This document shows positions 1 to 9,476 of a DNA stretch of 64,000 nt, in pieces; position 1 is the stretch's first letter, and every line of letters starts with the position of its first letter. Both the position numbers and the translations under genes were made by a program. Where the stretch lies: assembly GCA_038064415.1 (NCBI GenBank), contig JBBTTD010000003.1, positions 2,597 to 66,596 on the forward strand. The letters run 5' to 3'. The notes below the pieces were generated by a model. That model was not told the DNA's origin and did not search any database. It saw nothing but the letters and a program-made list of their open reading frames with translations. The DNA comes from Patescibacteria group bacterium (GTDB taxonomy: Bacteria; Patescibacteriota; Minisyncoccia; Phycocordibacterales; PALSA-1337).

Positions 1-1
1 T

Positions 2-76
2 TTTACCACTCCAACTGTGTCAACTGACTTCGTCCAAAAGTCGCTTACTATCACCGTCCAAGTAACAACACTTTAG
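2..76 (+). CDS. 3' end of an upstream gene (partial), probably a secreted or surface subunit
   Basis: Open frame FTTPTVSTDFVQKSLTITVQVTTL* from the window edge, ending in a beta-strand-like C-terminus. Confidence 0.5.
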   Translation, partial: FTTPTVSTDFVQKSLTITVQVTTL

Positions 77-147
77 GCGTGTTGCGGCCTTTTATGGGTC
101 TCATTCCGCTCGCACGATCAGCACGAATGGTGTTATACTTTTACAAT

Positions 148-765
148 ATGAAACTGACACATGCGACTTCTTATACTATTTTGATTTCAATATTGTGCGT
201 GGCTGTATTTCTTTTTTCAACTGCCGCGGTCTTCGCGAAAGTTGGCGTTGGTATGGGAGCTGGTGAAATACGCCTTACCGAGTCTGTGAAGCCGGGCGGT
301 GTTTACGAACTTCCAAGTCTGCGGATTTTTAATACTGGCGATGAAGTTACCATATACGGTATGAATATCGCCTATCACCAAGACCGTCCCGAGTTGCGAC
401 CCGCGCAATCTTGGTTCTCATTTAACCCCGCCACATTCACTATTGAGCCGGGCAAAAGTCAGGAGGTCAAAGTTACCATGCTTGTTCCCGTTAAGGCAAA
501 GCCCGGAGATTATTTTGCATTTGTTGAAAGTGGTCCAGTCGCGAGTAATTCCCCTGGGACTTCAGTCGGAGTTGCTGTCGCCTCAAAGCTCTTTTTCACC
601 GCGGCGCCCGCAAATATATTTCAAGCGATAAGTTATCGCACCTCATCATTTTTAGCGGTATATTCACCCTGGTCATGGGTTGGGCTTGGACTTCTCGCTT
701 CCATTATTTTCATCATAGTCGTCAGGAAATTCTTCTCGTTTAATATTGCGGTTAGAAAAAACTAG
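148..765 (+). CDS. Secreted Ig-like (DUF916/PapD-like) protein with C-terminal TM anchor
   Basis: Signal peptide, IFNTGD and FTIEPG..QEV..GDY motifs, C-terminal hydrophobic helix with basic tail; ATG 148 follows TGTTATACT. Confidence 0.6.
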   Translation: MKLTHATSYTILISILCVAVFLFSTAAVFAKVGVGMGAGEIRLTESVKPGGVYELPSLRIFNTGDEVTIYGMNIAYHQDRPELRPAQSWFSFNPATFTIEPGKSQEVKVTMLVPVKAKPGDYFAFVESGPVASNSPGTSVGVAVASKLFFTAAPANIFQAISYRTSSFLAVYSPWSWVGLGLLASIIFIIVVRKFFSFNIAVRKN

Positions 766-786
766 TCGCTTGTCAAAGAAAATCCT

Positions 787-1845
787 ATGCCCGGAGCCAT
801 CCCAAGAACAACTCCTTTATGGATTCTCGCTCTTATAGTTATTCTTGTACTGACCTATGCAGATACCAAGGCGCACGCGGCGACAATAACCGCAACGGTC
901 AAAATAACCGTCTGCGGTGATGGGATTGTTGAAACTCCAGAACAATGCGATAGTTCTAATCTTAATGGAGCTTCCTGTACGACGCGGGGTTTCACCGGCG
1001 GTTCTATCTCCTGCACGAACGCATGCGAGTTTAATACCTCGTCTTGTACTTTGAGTTCCGGTTCTTCAGGATCTTCCGGAAGTAGTGGCGGAGGCGGTGG
1101 AGGCAACGGTATCACCCCTGTTTCAACAAGTGCCGTCTTTAGCGGCAGGGCATATCCAGGAAGTGTGGTAACACTCCTCAAAGACGCGCAAATCGCCGCG
1201 ACAACCATTGCTGGGACTGACGCGAAGTTCCAAATCAACATTTCAAATCTTTCAGGCGGTAATTATATTTTCAGTGTCTATTCGGAGGACAAAAAAGGTC
1301 TACGCTCATCCCTACTTACATTTCCAGTATCCGTAACATCCGGCGCGACGACAAATATCAGCGGCATTTTCATCGCGCCGACAATCGCGACCGACAAAAG
1401 CGAGGTGCGACGCGGAGACAACATTGCTATCTTTGGGCAAAGCATTCCGTCGTCCGAAATCACGGTCAGCATCAATTCAGAGGAAGAGTTTTTTGTCAAA
1501 AGAACAACCGATGCGGCTGGCGCGTATCTTTTGAATTTTGATACATCCGTGCTTGAGATTGGACAACATCAGACCAAATCAAAATCAGCTTTAAGCGGCG
1601 AGATTACCGCATTCGGTAAAACAGTCGGGTTCGTGGTCGGGAATAAAAATGTGCTTGCCGAGCTAACGAAAGTTACCGCTACAAAAGGCGATACCAATGG
1701 CGATAATCGAGTCAACCTTGTTGATTTCTCCGTCGCTGCCTACTGGTACAAACGACTAAATCCTCCCGCGTCGGCCGACCTCAATAGCGACGGGAAAGTC
1801 AATTTGGTTGATTTCAGCATTATGGCGTTTAACTGGACCGGCTAA
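787..1845 (+). CDS. Secreted protein with Cys-rich repeat, Ig-like domains and C-terminal dockerin
   Basis: CGDGIVETPEQCD motif, Gly/Ser linker, duplicated Ca-binding loops GDTNGDNRVNLVDF and ADLNSDGKVNLVDF. Confidence 0.8.
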   Translation: MPGAIPRTTPLWILALIVILVLTYADTKAHAATITATVKITVCGDGIVETPEQCDSSNLNGASCTTRGFTGGSISCTNACEFNTSSCTLSSGSSGSSGSSGGGGGGNGITPVSTSAVFSGRAYPGSVVTLLKDAQIAATTIAGTDAKFQINISNLSGGNYIFSVYSEDKKGLRSSLLTFPVSVTSGATTNISGIFIAPTIATDKSEVRRGDNIAIFGQSIPSSEITVSINSEEEFFVKRTTDAAGAYLLNFDTSVLEIGQHQTKSKSALSGEITAFGKTVGFVVGNKNVLAELTKVTATKGDTNGDNRVNLVDFSVAAYWYKRLNPPASADLNSDGKVNLVDFSIMAFNWTG

Positions 1846-1851
1846 CATATT

Positions 1852-2619
1852 ATGAACATATTTCTAAAAATAATTGCTGTCGCGTTGTTAGCATTTCCCG
1901 TAGCTGTTTCGGCTATGACAGTTGTTGTTGAAGTTGACACTGGGGAGGAAAGCATCAATGCGCTTGAGGCAACATTAATGTTGCCTGCAAATGCGGATAT
2001 ACATAATATTCAGAACGGCAACTCGGCCTTGCTTATGTGGGTTACTCCGCCCACACAAACGGACAACACGATCATCTTCGCGGGCATCACGCCTGGCGGA
2101 TTTGCCGGTGTCTATCCGATATTCACCATAGACGGTGAATTCGCGGCACAAGATTTGGAACAGATGAGATTTGATTCGGTTACCGCCCTTAGAGACGATG
2201 GCTCTGGTACTCGCGTACCAGTCAAGACGAAAGTCTCACTCATTCAGTCAAAAGGTGACACGATTCCGCCAGAAGACTTTACCCCGGTTATTTCACGCAA
2301 TCCGAGTATTTTTGACGGAAAATATTTCTTGGTGTTTGCCACGCAAGATAAGGGCTCTGGTATAAAGCGCTATGAAGTGCGCGAAGGACGATTCAACTGG
2401 TTTAGAAAAGAGGAAAGTCCATATCTCCTCTCATATCAGCGTCTCAACAAGGACATCTATGTGCGTGCGATAGATAACGCAGGTAACAAAAGAATTACTG
2501 TCATTGAGGCGACGACGCGCAGATCATGGTGGGAGCGTTACGGATTATTTGTTATACTTATAATGTTAGTTCTCGGGCTACTTGTATATAAAAGACAATG
2601 GCTAAAATTTATGCAATAG
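1852..2619 (+). CDS. Cohesin-like membrane-anchored surface protein
   Basis: Signal peptide, VDTGEESINALEATL...FAGITPGGF cohesin-like strands, VRAIDNAGN Ig motif, C-terminal TM. Confidence 0.65.
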   Translation: MNIFLKIIAVALLAFPVAVSAMTVVVEVDTGEESINALEATLMLPANADIHNIQNGNSALLMWVTPPTQTDNTIIFAGITPGGFAGVYPIFTIDGEFAAQDLEQMRFDSVTALRDDGSGTRVPVKTKVSLIQSKGDTIPPEDFTPVISRNPSIFDGKYFLVFATQDKGSGIKRYEVREGRFNWFRKEESPYLLSYQRLNKDIYVRAIDNAGNKRITVIEATTRRSWWERYGLFVILIMLVLGLLVYKRQWLKFMQ

Positions 2620-4319
2620 TTTTTTTTCTCATCGTGTTCGCGACTGCGCCTGTTTTTGCGCATGCGGCATCGCTTAATTTTTCTCCACCCTCTGGTTCTC
2701 ATACTGTTGGGAGTTCGTTCTCGGTGAGCGTTTACGTGGAGAGCGCTAGCCAGGCGATGAATGCCGCTTCCGGCATCGTATCGTTTCCATGGGACAAGCT
2801 TGAGGTCGTGTCGCTCTCCAAGCAGGGCTCTATCTTCTCGCTTTGGCCCACAGAGCCGTCATTTTCAAATAGCCAAGGCACGGTTTCATTTGAGGGCATC
2901 GCTCTTAATCCCGGATATACTGGCACGAACGGAAAGTTGCTCACTATCACTTTTCGGGCGCGGAGCGCGGGAATGGCGAATGTGAGTTTCTCTTCTGGCT
3001 CTATTTTGGCGAATGACGGCACCGGCACGAATATACTGAACGGCCTTCGCGTTGCGAGCTATACGCTCGGAAGCACGAGCGTGCCGACTCCCACATTGCC
3101 ACAAGATGAGCCGGTTTCAACAGGGAACACGCTCGGCATCACATCCACCACGCATCCTGACCAGAGTGCTTGGTACGCAAACAATACGCCGGAATTTTCG
3201 TGGAACCTGCCCGATGGTGTGCTTGAAGTGCGAACACTCATCGGTAAATCGTCATCAGCAACACCATCGGTTTCCCACAACCCGCCGATCTCAAAAAAGA
3301 AAGTTGATGAGCTTCCCGACGGCACTTATCATTTCTCACTCCAAACACGCACGGTTTCTGGCTGGAGCACGGTATCACGTTATCGTGTCAACATTGACAC
3401 GACGCCACCCAAGCCATTCACAATCGCTTTTCCGCACGGGAATACCGGATGGGAGCCGCAACCAGTCGTGTTCTTTAACACAACGGATGACGAGTCTGGA
3501 ATAAGCCACTATGAAATCAAGGTTGGAAACGATATGAGACCATTCAAATCCGCGCCGTTTGCCACATCAAACCCCTATGTACTGCCACCGCAGCTTCCAG
3601 GCACATATACGCTCCTCGTTATGGCGGTGGACAACGCGGGCAATGTACGCAACGGCTCCGCGGGATTTACGATTGAGTCGATTGACGCGCCGACCATAAC
3701 ATACTATCCGGAAATGCTGGAGGAAGGCGATATTCTGAAAGTGAGAGGCACGACATATCCTGATTCTGATGTGACGATGTACATCCGTGAAGGCGACACA
3801 CTAGTGTCGGAGGAATATACGCGGAGCAACACGCTTGGCGACTTCGCTGTTGTCGCGACGAAATGGCTTAAGAACGGAGTATATACAATTACCGCGCGTA
3901 TTAAAGACGCGCGAGGGGCACAGAGTGTGGAGACATCGCCACTTACAGTTTCAGTCCGTTCAGAATTTGTCACGGAAATGGTGAGCTTCGTCCTGAAGTA
4001 TCTCTCTGTCGCGCTTCTCGCGCTTCTCGCGTTCGGGGTACTCGTGTGGGTAGGTCTTCGCTTGTGGTTTAGGATTCCCCGCACGATAGCGCGTATGCGT
4101 CGCGAAGCGCGAGAAGCGGAGAAAGTGTCTGAAAAGGCACTCAATGTTCTACGCGAAGATGTCCTGCGCCATATTGCCCGACTCAAGAAAGCGAAAAGAA
4201 GACTCACAGTGGAAGAAACAGAATTTTTGGAGCAGTTTGGTCAGAAGCTTAAGGAGGCGGAAGATATTATCATAAAAGAAATTCAAGATATTTCTAACGA
4301 TAAGACTGTTGGTAAGTAG
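2598..4319 (+). CDS. Cohesin-domain surface protein with Ig-like domains, TM helix and cytoplasmic coiled coil
   Basis: FSVSVYV..AMNAASG.VSFP.DKLEVVS...LLTITFRA..G.ANVSF cohesin pattern; AVDNAGN; TM near residue 470. Confidence 0.75.
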   Translation: MAKIYAIVFFLIVFATAPVFAHAASLNFSPPSGSHTVGSSFSVSVYVESASQAMNAASGIVSFPWDKLEVVSLSKQGSIFSLWPTEPSFSNSQGTVSFEGIALNPGYTGTNGKLLTITFRARSAGMANVSFSSGSILANDGTGTNILNGLRVASYTLGSTSVPTPTLPQDEPVSTGNTLGITSTTHPDQSAWYANNTPEFSWNLPDGVLEVRTLIGKSSSATPSVSHNPPISKKKVDELPDGTYHFSLQTRTVSGWSTVSRYRVNIDTTPPKPFTIAFPHGNTGWEPQPVVFFNTTDDESGISHYEIKVGNDMRPFKSAPFATSNPYVLPPQLPGTYTLLVMAVDNAGNVRNGSAGFTIESIDAPTITYYPEMLEEGDILKVRGTTYPDSDVTMYIREGDTLVSEEYTRSNTLGDFAVVATKWLKNGVYTITARIKDARGAQSVETSPLTVSVRSEFVTEMVSFVLKYLSVALLALLAFGVLVWVGLRLWFRIPRTIARMRREAREAEKVSEKALNVLREDVLRHIARLKKAKRRLTVEETEFLEQFGQKLKEAEDIIIKEIQDISNDKTVGK

Positions 4320-4370
4320 CCCTTCGCAACCTGACTACCACCCTGTTTTATGTTGTGTTATAATACGAAG

Positions 4371-5954
4371 ATGAAATATAAAATAAATACAATGTTTCCA
4401 TATTTTATTATTTTTCTCTTTATTTTCACTCTTACCATTCCAATCCAGAATGCATCCGCCGGTTCGCTTACTCCTTCCTCCGCGCCAGCGGCCAATGGCT
4501 ATACTCTTTCTGGTATATACAATCGTCTAATAACGAATACCTCTGCCGTTTCTGGCTCTCATTCTTTTGCGCCTACCACTACCCCGCAGTCAACTTTCCC
4601 GACCTTGATTGATATTTATAATGCTATTCCAACAATATATCCAACTGATTTTTTGGCTAGCTCCACATATCTTGGTATTACTGGTTCAATTACGGTTAAA
4701 ACCGGCGATACCGTCGTCGCCTCAAGTTCTGCCCAAGGTACTTCGCTCGTCCTGACTGTTCCTCAAGGGTATTACAGTGGCGGGTCGTCAGTCACCGTCT
4801 CAACATCATCCGCAAGTTTTGTAGCTGGTAGTATTAAAAGCGGAGTTACGATTTTTGGCATTATCGGCACTCTTATTGAATCATTGGGCAATGCCGTTGT
4901 CGCCGATGTTTTCTCCGGTAAAACATTCAGCAATACCACAGATTCAAATATTACCGGTACTTTAAATCTTGCTTGCAATACCGCTACTTTCAACGGCACG
5001 GCAAATCTCGTCGCTACCGCATACGATGGCGCCGGCGATGGCTCAAATCGTTGGTGTGTTACTGATACTGGTGACGCGGTGGCCGGCGATCTTTTGTCTG
5101 GCAAAAAATCTTGGGTAGATGGCGTGGAAATTACCGGTTCAGTATCCGCCGGCTCCAATGTTACTGGCAGTAACGGCACGCTTGCCATGACGATTCCCGA
5201 TGGTTTGTATTCTGGTTCAAAAACAGCTACAGCCAACGATACCAATCTTGTGACCGGCAACATCAAAAGCGGAATCACGCTTTTTGGCGTTGCGGGCAAT
5301 TCCAATGTGGTTGATACTACTTCTGGTACGGCGGTAGCTGGCGATCTGGCCAACAATAAAATCGCCTTTTCCGCGGGCTCGCAGATTACCGGCACTATGT
5401 TTACCAACATGAAAAATCAGACAAAAGATGATTATGTGAATGGCGCGGGAACTACTGGAGAATATACAAGCGAAGAATCTACATGGTCGGCTGTTTCCGG
5501 CTCACCGTTCTCCGGATACGACGCCATTAATTATCTTGGAGCGACGGACTTGTATAGCGGCGCGGTCAAACAAGACGGAAGGACTGGTCTTTGGTGGTCG
5601 GATGTTATGGCTGTTGGCGCGACTGCTTCAACCACCACTAATGTTTTTACACTTTCAGCCGACGGCTCAAGACCAACTGGCGGTTTGGCTATCGGTTTTT
5701 GTGATGCTCTAAATAGTGCTAGTTTTGCTGGTTATACTGACTGGTATTTACCGACCCAGAAACAGCTCATGCAAGCATATATAGACGGTGCGTCAAATAA
5801 TTTATTGAATGCAGGATCAAATTCTTATTGGACATCCACAGAGGATTATAGTACAACGAATAATGCTTGGCGATCAGGTTTTAAATTTTCCGGCACTATT
5901 ATATCAAATACAAAGGTTACTACTACTGGCACTGTGCATTGCGTTCGTCCTTAA
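4371..5954 (+). CDS. Secreted fibre-like adhesin with C-terminal DUF1566/Lcl C-type-lectin-fold domain
   Basis: Repeated G.IKSG.T.FG and G.AVAGDL modules; D.RTGLWW, GYTDWYLPT..QL, YWTST and terminal HCVR. Confidence 0.75.
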   Translation: MKYKINTMFPYFIIFLFIFTLTIPIQNASAGSLTPSSAPAANGYTLSGIYNRLITNTSAVSGSHSFAPTTTPQSTFPTLIDIYNAIPTIYPTDFLASSTYLGITGSITVKTGDTVVASSSAQGTSLVLTVPQGYYSGGSSVTVSTSSASFVAGSIKSGVTIFGIIGTLIESLGNAVVADVFSGKTFSNTTDSNITGTLNLACNTATFNGTANLVATAYDGAGDGSNRWCVTDTGDAVAGDLLSGKKSWVDGVEITGSVSAGSNVTGSNGTLAMTIPDGLYSGSKTATANDTNLVTGNIKSGITLFGVAGNSNVVDTTSGTAVAGDLANNKIAFSAGSQITGTMFTNMKNQTKDDYVNGAGTTGEYTSEESTWSAVSGSPFSGYDAINYLGATDLYSGAVKQDGRTGLWWSDVMAVGATASTTTNVFTLSADGSRPTGGLAIGFCDALNSASFAGYTDWYLPTQKQLMQAYIDGASNNLLNAGSNSYWTSTEDYSTTNNAWRSGFKFSGTIISNTKVTTTGTVHCVRP

Positions 5955-5967
5955 GTGAGCGGATCTT

Positions 5968-7860
5968 ATGCAAAATATGTTCACAAAAAAATTTATTTCA
6001 GTAATATTGAATTTTGCGTGTATATCTGTATATCTTTTTTTGCTTGTTATTTTTAGCGCCAATTTTGTATATGCCTCAAGTACCGACGGTACCATAGACT
6101 CAACCAACCGCTACGCTTATATGGAAGCGGGAAGTTGGGTAGACTTGGGTAGCACGCAAGGCAATGTCCATGTTACCGATTCAGCGCTTTCGGGCTACGC
6201 GTGGAGTTCAGAATTTGGTTGGATTTCCTTGAATTGTTCAAATACCAGTTCATGTTCAAGTGGTGTTGATTATAAAGTCGCCAATGACAATGAAGGCGTC
6301 TTGTCTGGTTATTCATGGAGTGAGACGGCGGGTTGGATAGATTGGAAACCCACTAATGGCGGGGTAACGATTAATTCCTCCGGGATTTTCTCTGGAAGAG
6401 CGTGGGGAGATCAAGTTGGTTGGATCACTTTCAATTGTTCGGCGGATAGTTCTTGCGGGTCGGTTGATTATACAATTACGACTGATTGGCGACCATTGTC
6501 ATCTCGGTCCGTGGCCAGTCCGGTTACTGATTCAAGCACAGGATCCAATAGCAGTAGCGGCAGTAGGATGTTTTTACCGACGATTATTTCCATCCCAACG
6601 GAGATAGTTTCCAACATAATTGATGCTATTATTCCAGAATTTCTGAAGCCCAAAAAAGAACCAATCGTCAAAATTACCGATGAGATTCAGGTGTCAGATG
6701 TAACTCCGCTGGCTTTTAACGGAAAATGGAGACTATTGCCGATTCAGACTATAGGAGATTTCGTGTTCGCGCCTTTGCCACGGAGCATTCGTGCTTTGGC
6801 GGTAAAGTTTCCAAGTTTTGGTAAAACATTAAGTGAAGTTGGCGTTGTCCGTCTTTCTGATTTGGATAAATTGCGAAGCGCGACATTATCTTTGCCTGGA
6901 CTTACTGAAAGATCCGGTATTTCCGGAGCTTCATTGCGCACCGGTATATTCGCGTCTATGGCGGGAGTACCACTCGCAAAACTCTCTCCCTCTTTCAAAA
7001 AATCTTTACCTTCTGAAACGGTTTTTGCCAGGACGGCGGACGAGCTCATAGATCTGAATACTTCTATTCTGGTGAGCGATACTGGAGATGTCAATCAGAA
7101 AATCAATACTGAATCTAGGCAAACAATACGCCTAGCCATCAAACCGGAAAGTCCAGTGACATCCATCAAAGGATATTTGACTTTCCGAAAGAGGAATGCT
7201 TTGAGCAAAGAAGACGAATATTCAAATGACATGCTGGCTTCCGTCATATCCGCTTTGCCGGTGCTTGGGAAAAAATCAGACGCGCCGATAGAAGACAAAT
7301 TGGTTTTACTTTCATTTGATTACGGCGATTCTGACAAAGACGGTATCTGGACGGCGGATATAAATTCGCCGGTTGTGGCGGGAGAGTATGAGATTATGAC
7401 TATTATCGCTTATGTTGATCCCGAACTTGGTATGCGCCAAGTTAGACTTGTTACGGTGGTCGATCCGGAGGGATATGTTTATGAGAAGAACGGCTCAAAA
7501 GAGACTCGTATTCCAGATGCCGAGGTGTCTATATATGAGCTTAATAGCGATAGCGGTCAATATGAAATGTGGTCGGCCAGTACTTATCATCAAGAAAATC
7601 CTCAAACTACGGGCCTAAGTGGCACATATTCTTTCTTGGTACCACCGGGGACATATCGTATATTTGCCGTTGCTCCGGGTTATTCTCCATATGATGGCCA
7701 GCCATTTGAAGTTCAGATTGGAGGGGGAGTGCATAAGAACATTGAACTTATTCCAGAACATGGATGGATCAAAGCCCTGGATTGGAAGATTTTATTGATT
7801 ATCATAGTAGTGTTATTATTAGCTTACAATTTTTATCGCGATTATCGACGCGATAAGTAA
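5968..7860 (+). CDS. Surface protein with SGYAW...GWI repeats, carboxypeptidase-regulatory-like Ig domain and C-terminal TM
   Basis: SGYAWSSEFGWI, SGYSWSETAGWI and SGRAWGDQVGWI repeats; DPEGYVY..QENPQ.T...G.YSFLVPPGTY. Confidence 0.7.
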   Translation: MQNMFTKKFISVILNFACISVYLFLLVIFSANFVYASSTDGTIDSTNRYAYMEAGSWVDLGSTQGNVHVTDSALSGYAWSSEFGWISLNCSNTSSCSSGVDYKVANDNEGVLSGYSWSETAGWIDWKPTNGGVTINSSGIFSGRAWGDQVGWITFNCSADSSCGSVDYTITTDWRPLSSRSVASPVTDSSTGSNSSSGSRMFLPTIISIPTEIVSNIIDAIIPEFLKPKKEPIVKITDEIQVSDVTPLAFNGKWRLLPIQTIGDFVFAPLPRSIRALAVKFPSFGKTLSEVGVVRLSDLDKLRSATLSLPGLTERSGISGASLRTGIFASMAGVPLAKLSPSFKKSLPSETVFARTADELIDLNTSILVSDTGDVNQKINTESRQTIRLAIKPESPVTSIKGYLTFRKRNALSKEDEYSNDMLASVISALPVLGKKSDAPIEDKLVLLSFDYGDSDKDGIWTADINSPVVAGEYEIMTIIAYVDPELGMRQVRLVTVVDPEGYVYEKNGSKETRIPDAEVSIYELNSDSGQYEMWSASTYHQENPQTTGLSGTYSFLVPPGTYRIFAVAPGYSPYDGQPFEVQIGGGVHKNIELIPEHGWIKALDWKILLIIIVVLLLAYNFYRDYRRDK

Positions 7861-7881
7861 GATATAAATTTATAAATTATC

Positions 7882-8277
7882 ATGATTGATTTTCGCGCAA
7901 GCTCGATGAAGACGACAAACTGGATCAAAGTTATTTTGGCGATTGTGGTCGTATTCCTGGTCATATCCAATATCTTATTTATCTCAAAATATGTTTCAGC
8001 CAATAGACGAGCTGGACTTGCCGAAGCGATCGTCTCAAAAGAAGACTCCAAATCTAAGGTCCTTGATTTTGCCGGTTTTTTTATTGAAAAAGTTTTACAA
8101 GCCAAAGGAGAAATTAGTTTTGATGACAGGTTAATCATGGAAACCGCGGTTCGTGACCTCAAGGATTTGGAGATTGCGACGCAATGGAAGAAATTCGTGC
8201 AAAGCAGTGATGAGAGGGTAGTCCAGATTGAAGTGACCAATCTCTTAAAATTATTAGTGGATAAGGCGAGAAAATAG
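7882..8277 (+). CDS. Hypothetical membrane-anchored protein
   Basis: N-terminal TM helix, directly downstream of the surface cluster. Confidence 0.6.
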   Translation: MIDFRASSMKTTNWIKVILAIVVVFLVISNILFISKYVSANRRAGLAEAIVSKEDSKSKVLDFAGFFIEKVLQAKGEISFDDRLIMETAVRDLKDLEIATQWKKFVQSSDERVVQIEVTNLLKLLVDKARK

Positions 8278-8391
8278 AGAGCAAAATGATTCTCGTCTGA
8301 CCAATCCATCATAGCGTTTATTAGCACATCATTTATGGGACGATATTCTAAAACTGGTATAATTATTTCATTATCAACCTAATTAATTTTT

Positions 8392-8931
8392 ATGCGACAT
8401 CATACGATTGAAGTATCACCATTTTTTTATTTTCTTTTTAATGATAAGAAAATTTCCTGGTTTTGGATTATAATACGATTATATGTTGGTTATGAATGGC
8501 TTATTGCCGGTTGGTCAAAAGTTACGAGTGATGCTTGGGTTGGTTCTGGCGCTGGTTCCGCGCTTTTAGGTTTTCTCAATGGGGCGTTAGCCAAGACGGT
8601 TGGCGCGCACCCTGATGTTCAGGGGTGGTATGCTTACTTCTTGCAGAGCGCCGTTGTGACACATCCCGCTTTTTGGTCCAATTTGGTTGCTTGGGGGGAA
8701 TTGGCGGTTGGTATAGGTCTTATTATCGGTGCTTTTACGGGAATCGCGGCATTCTTCGGACTTTTTATGAACCTGAACTATTTACTTGCCGGTACCGTAA
8801 GTAGCAATCCAGTGTTGTTTACTCTTTCTATTGGTCTGGTTTTGGCGTGGAAGGTCGCGGGTTACATTGGCGCAGACAAATATCTCTTACCCAGGTTGGG
8901 TGTTCGTCCTGATAATGTTGTAGGGGGGTGA
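8392..8931 (+). CDS. DoxX/DoxD (TQO small subunit-like) membrane protein
   Basis: RLYVGYEWLIAGWSK, WGELAVGIGLI.G, MNLNYLLAGTVSSNP. Confidence 0.85.
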   Translation: MRHHTIEVSPFFYFLFNDKKISWFWIIIRLYVGYEWLIAGWSKVTSDAWVGSGAGSALLGFLNGALAKTVGAHPDVQGWYAYFLQSAVVTHPAFWSNLVAWGELAVGIGLIIGAFTGIAAFFGLFMNLNYLLAGTVSSNPVLFTLSIGLVLAWKVAGYIGADKYLLPRLGVRPDNVVGG

Positions 8932-9002
8932 TAAAACTGGCTATTCCCAAGAATTCCTTTAGGTGGTACAATCATATAGTTAATAAATAAACAGTTAAAA
9001 AC

Positions 9003-9257
9003 ATGCCAAAAGCAAATTCAGCGTTTATGAAGCCTTTGACCGTTAGTGCCGATTTAGCAAAAGTCGTGGGTAATGGTCCAATGCCTAGGTCAGAAGTGGT
9101 CAAGAAGCTTTGGGTCTATATCAAGGGCAAGAATCTTCAGGATCCAAAGAACAAGCGTAATATTGTCGCTGATGAGAACTTGAAGAAGGTATTTGGAGGC
9201 AAAGATGTGGTGAATATGTTTGAGATGACCAAACTGGTTTCCAAGCATCTTTCGTAA
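9003..9257 (+). CDS. Stand-alone SWIB/MDM2 domain protein
   Basis: PRSEVVKKLWVYIK..NLQDPKNKRNI.AD..L..VF...VNMFEMTKLVSKHL. Confidence 0.92.
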   Translation: MPKANSAFMKPLTVSADLAKVVGNGPMPRSEVVKKLWVYIKGKNLQDPKNKRNIVADENLKKVFGGKDVVNMFEMTKLVSKHLS

Positions 9258-9271
9258 GATAAAGGAAAAGA

Positions 9272-9455
9272 AGCAACAAAAAGTACATGTGTTTTGATGT
9301 GCCTGCGGAACTCGCTTCTGAAATTACTAAATAAAAGGCTCAGGAATCACACAAAGCAAAGCTTTGGTGATTCCAACGCCATTCGCCTTTTATTAAGTAA
9401 TTTCTAGTCGCTCAGACAGTCCTCGGCAATCAAAACACATGTACTTTTTGTTGCT
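9272..9455. repeat. Structured dispersed repeat, copy 1
   Basis: 27-bp perfect outer IR (9272-9298/9429-9455) around core CCTGCGGAACTCGCT...AGTCGCTCAGACAGTCCTCGG. Confidence 0.9.
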
Positions 9456-9476
9456 CCTTAATTCTCCTTCTGTTTA

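Noticed and set aside
9272-9455. Three-copy element as CRISPR repeat, integron attC, simple terminator or classic MITE
   Set aside because: Not tandem with spacers, lacks the attC RYYYAAC/GTTRRRY boxes, far too long and complex for a terminator, and its termini are not conserved between copies
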